Of a DNA stretch of 64,000 nucleotides, positions 62,361 through 64,000 are shown in pieces (the stretch's first letter is position 1; every line of letters begins with the position of its first letter). A program made the translations under genes and the position numbers. The stretch comes from the human T2T-CHM13v2.0 reference genome, Homo sapiens: the NCBI RefSeq assembly GCF_009914755.1, contig NC_060943.1; one strand, given 5' to 3'. The notes under the pieces are model-generated. The model was not told the DNA's origin, searched no databases, and was given only the letters and a program-made list of their open reading frames with translations.

Positions 62361-63819
62361 ATTATAGAGCCTTTCTTTCCAAAGTTTTCCAGACGGTATT
62401 TATAAAATTTTTATTTCACAGAAATGGGGTCCTACTATACATACCTCTTTGTAATGTATTTTACTTAGTATATGGCTGAATTCCCTTTCTAGGTCAAATA
62501 TATCCGGTATAATGTGTTTAAGGACATAAACTCTGATGTGAGACTGCCAGGGTGTCAGGCCGCTTCCTTCTCTGGGACATGGGATGTCATCCCCATCCCC
62601 CTGGGAGTTACTGAATGGGCCATCGTGCAGCGTGCTTGGCTCAGCGCCTGGCCTGTGGCAGCCTCAGCGCATGTGGCCCCTGCCCCAGATTCTGATATGC
62701 CTCTTGTAGGGGGTCCCCAGGTGAGAATTACAGCAGAAGGTAGCACCTGTTGTTGATGGGCATGTATTCTTTCCATTTATATTCTTTTTCCATTGGAGGA
62801 ATAAAAATACCAGGCACTACATCATCGTGTTTAATTATTGCGTGGCTTTCCATTGCTTGATATGTCAAAATTATTTTCAGGAGTCCCAGCTTGCTGGGCA
62901 GAAATTGTTTCCTGCTTATTACAATCAGTACTGGAATGAACTATGCTTATCTTTGAAAAGGAAAAGGTTATGGTGAACAATAACAAAAAAGATAATGTGA
63001 GGTGTAACTGAATTGGCATGTAAAAAGCAGAATTATTAGATGTTACTTTTCTAAGTATAGATTTCCCTTTCCTTTAATTATTGTGAGAAGGTACTTCAGT
63101 TATATTTCAGTTAGTTTTTGGTGTTTCTCTTTGAAGTTGCCTAATATTTTTGAGAATCAAAGTATAATACTTGGCTAATACTTGATTTGCTAATACTTGA
63201 TTAAACAATCACATATTACAGAAGGGCTACAGTGAAAAATAATTTTTTTATTTGCAACCTCTTCTTACCCCAGGATGTCCCCTAGAGATAAACTCACTTT
63301 TTAAAGTTGTTTATTTTGGTATTATCTCCAGATTTTAAAATAATTGTGTATATTTTACTATTACTAGGCTTCTTCACTTTAGACATTGTCTTGATTTCTA
63401 GGGAGATTCACTCTCGTGCCCCTAACCCACATTCATTCATTCATCAGATATTTATGACGCCCTCACTGTCAGGTGCTTTTCTAGGGATTCTTAGGAGGGA
63501 AACAAAGTCTGTGCTTCCATAGAGTTTACATCCATCTTCTCAATAAATTTTTTATTTTACAATAATCACAAACTTACAGAAAAGTTGGAGAGTATTACAA
63601 AGAACTTTTTTCCCAAACCATTTGAGAATAAGTTGCTAACCTGATTCCCCAATACTTGAGTTTTTCCTAGAAAGAAGGACATTCTCAAAAATATCCACAA
63701 TGCAATCATCAGAGTGTGAAGATTAACACTGATATATTGTGATCATATAACTCCCAGGCACCATTCAGGTTTTGCTGGTTATCAAAGAGACGTCGTTCAG
63801 CATCACTTGTTGCATTTAG

Positions 63820-63999
<180 letters not shown>

Positions 64000-64000
64000 C

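Overview
Primate (almost certainly human, chr19q13.11 from my recall of the two proteins) genomic DNA, very rich in Alus (about 75-80 copies or fragments by eye). Two + strand genes are present. NUDT19 (peroxisomal acyl-CoA diphosphatase) contributes its last two coding exons (11920-12127, 14487-14692, ending in the PTS1 motif SHL) and an Alu-filled 3'UTR ending near 16530. TDRD12 (germline Tudor/helicase piRNA-pathway factor) contributes its CpG-island promoter and first eight coding exons (22808-59851), all GT-AG and in phase, 288 codons in total. NUDT19 intron 1 holds an antisense HERV9 provirus 5' part (LTR12, tRNA-Arg PBS, pre-gag ORF, dead gag) and a solo LTR22. A nested LTR8/MER4A/MER61A stack abuts the TDRD12 promoter. 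TDRD12 introns contain L1s, Tigger1, MITEs, a tailless U6 retrocopy, a recent Alu-Alu tandem duplication, two large minisatellites, an Alu that appears to have displaced an exon-3 branch point, and a 377-bp foreign segment (MIR plus AluJ piece) lodged inside a younger Alu. Nearly all ORFs in the supplied track are Alu or low-complexity artefacts. I see no evidence for a wholly new biological system; the interesting signals are structural, evolutionary and splicing-related hypotheses. Repeat family names come from remembered consensus sequences, not a database search.
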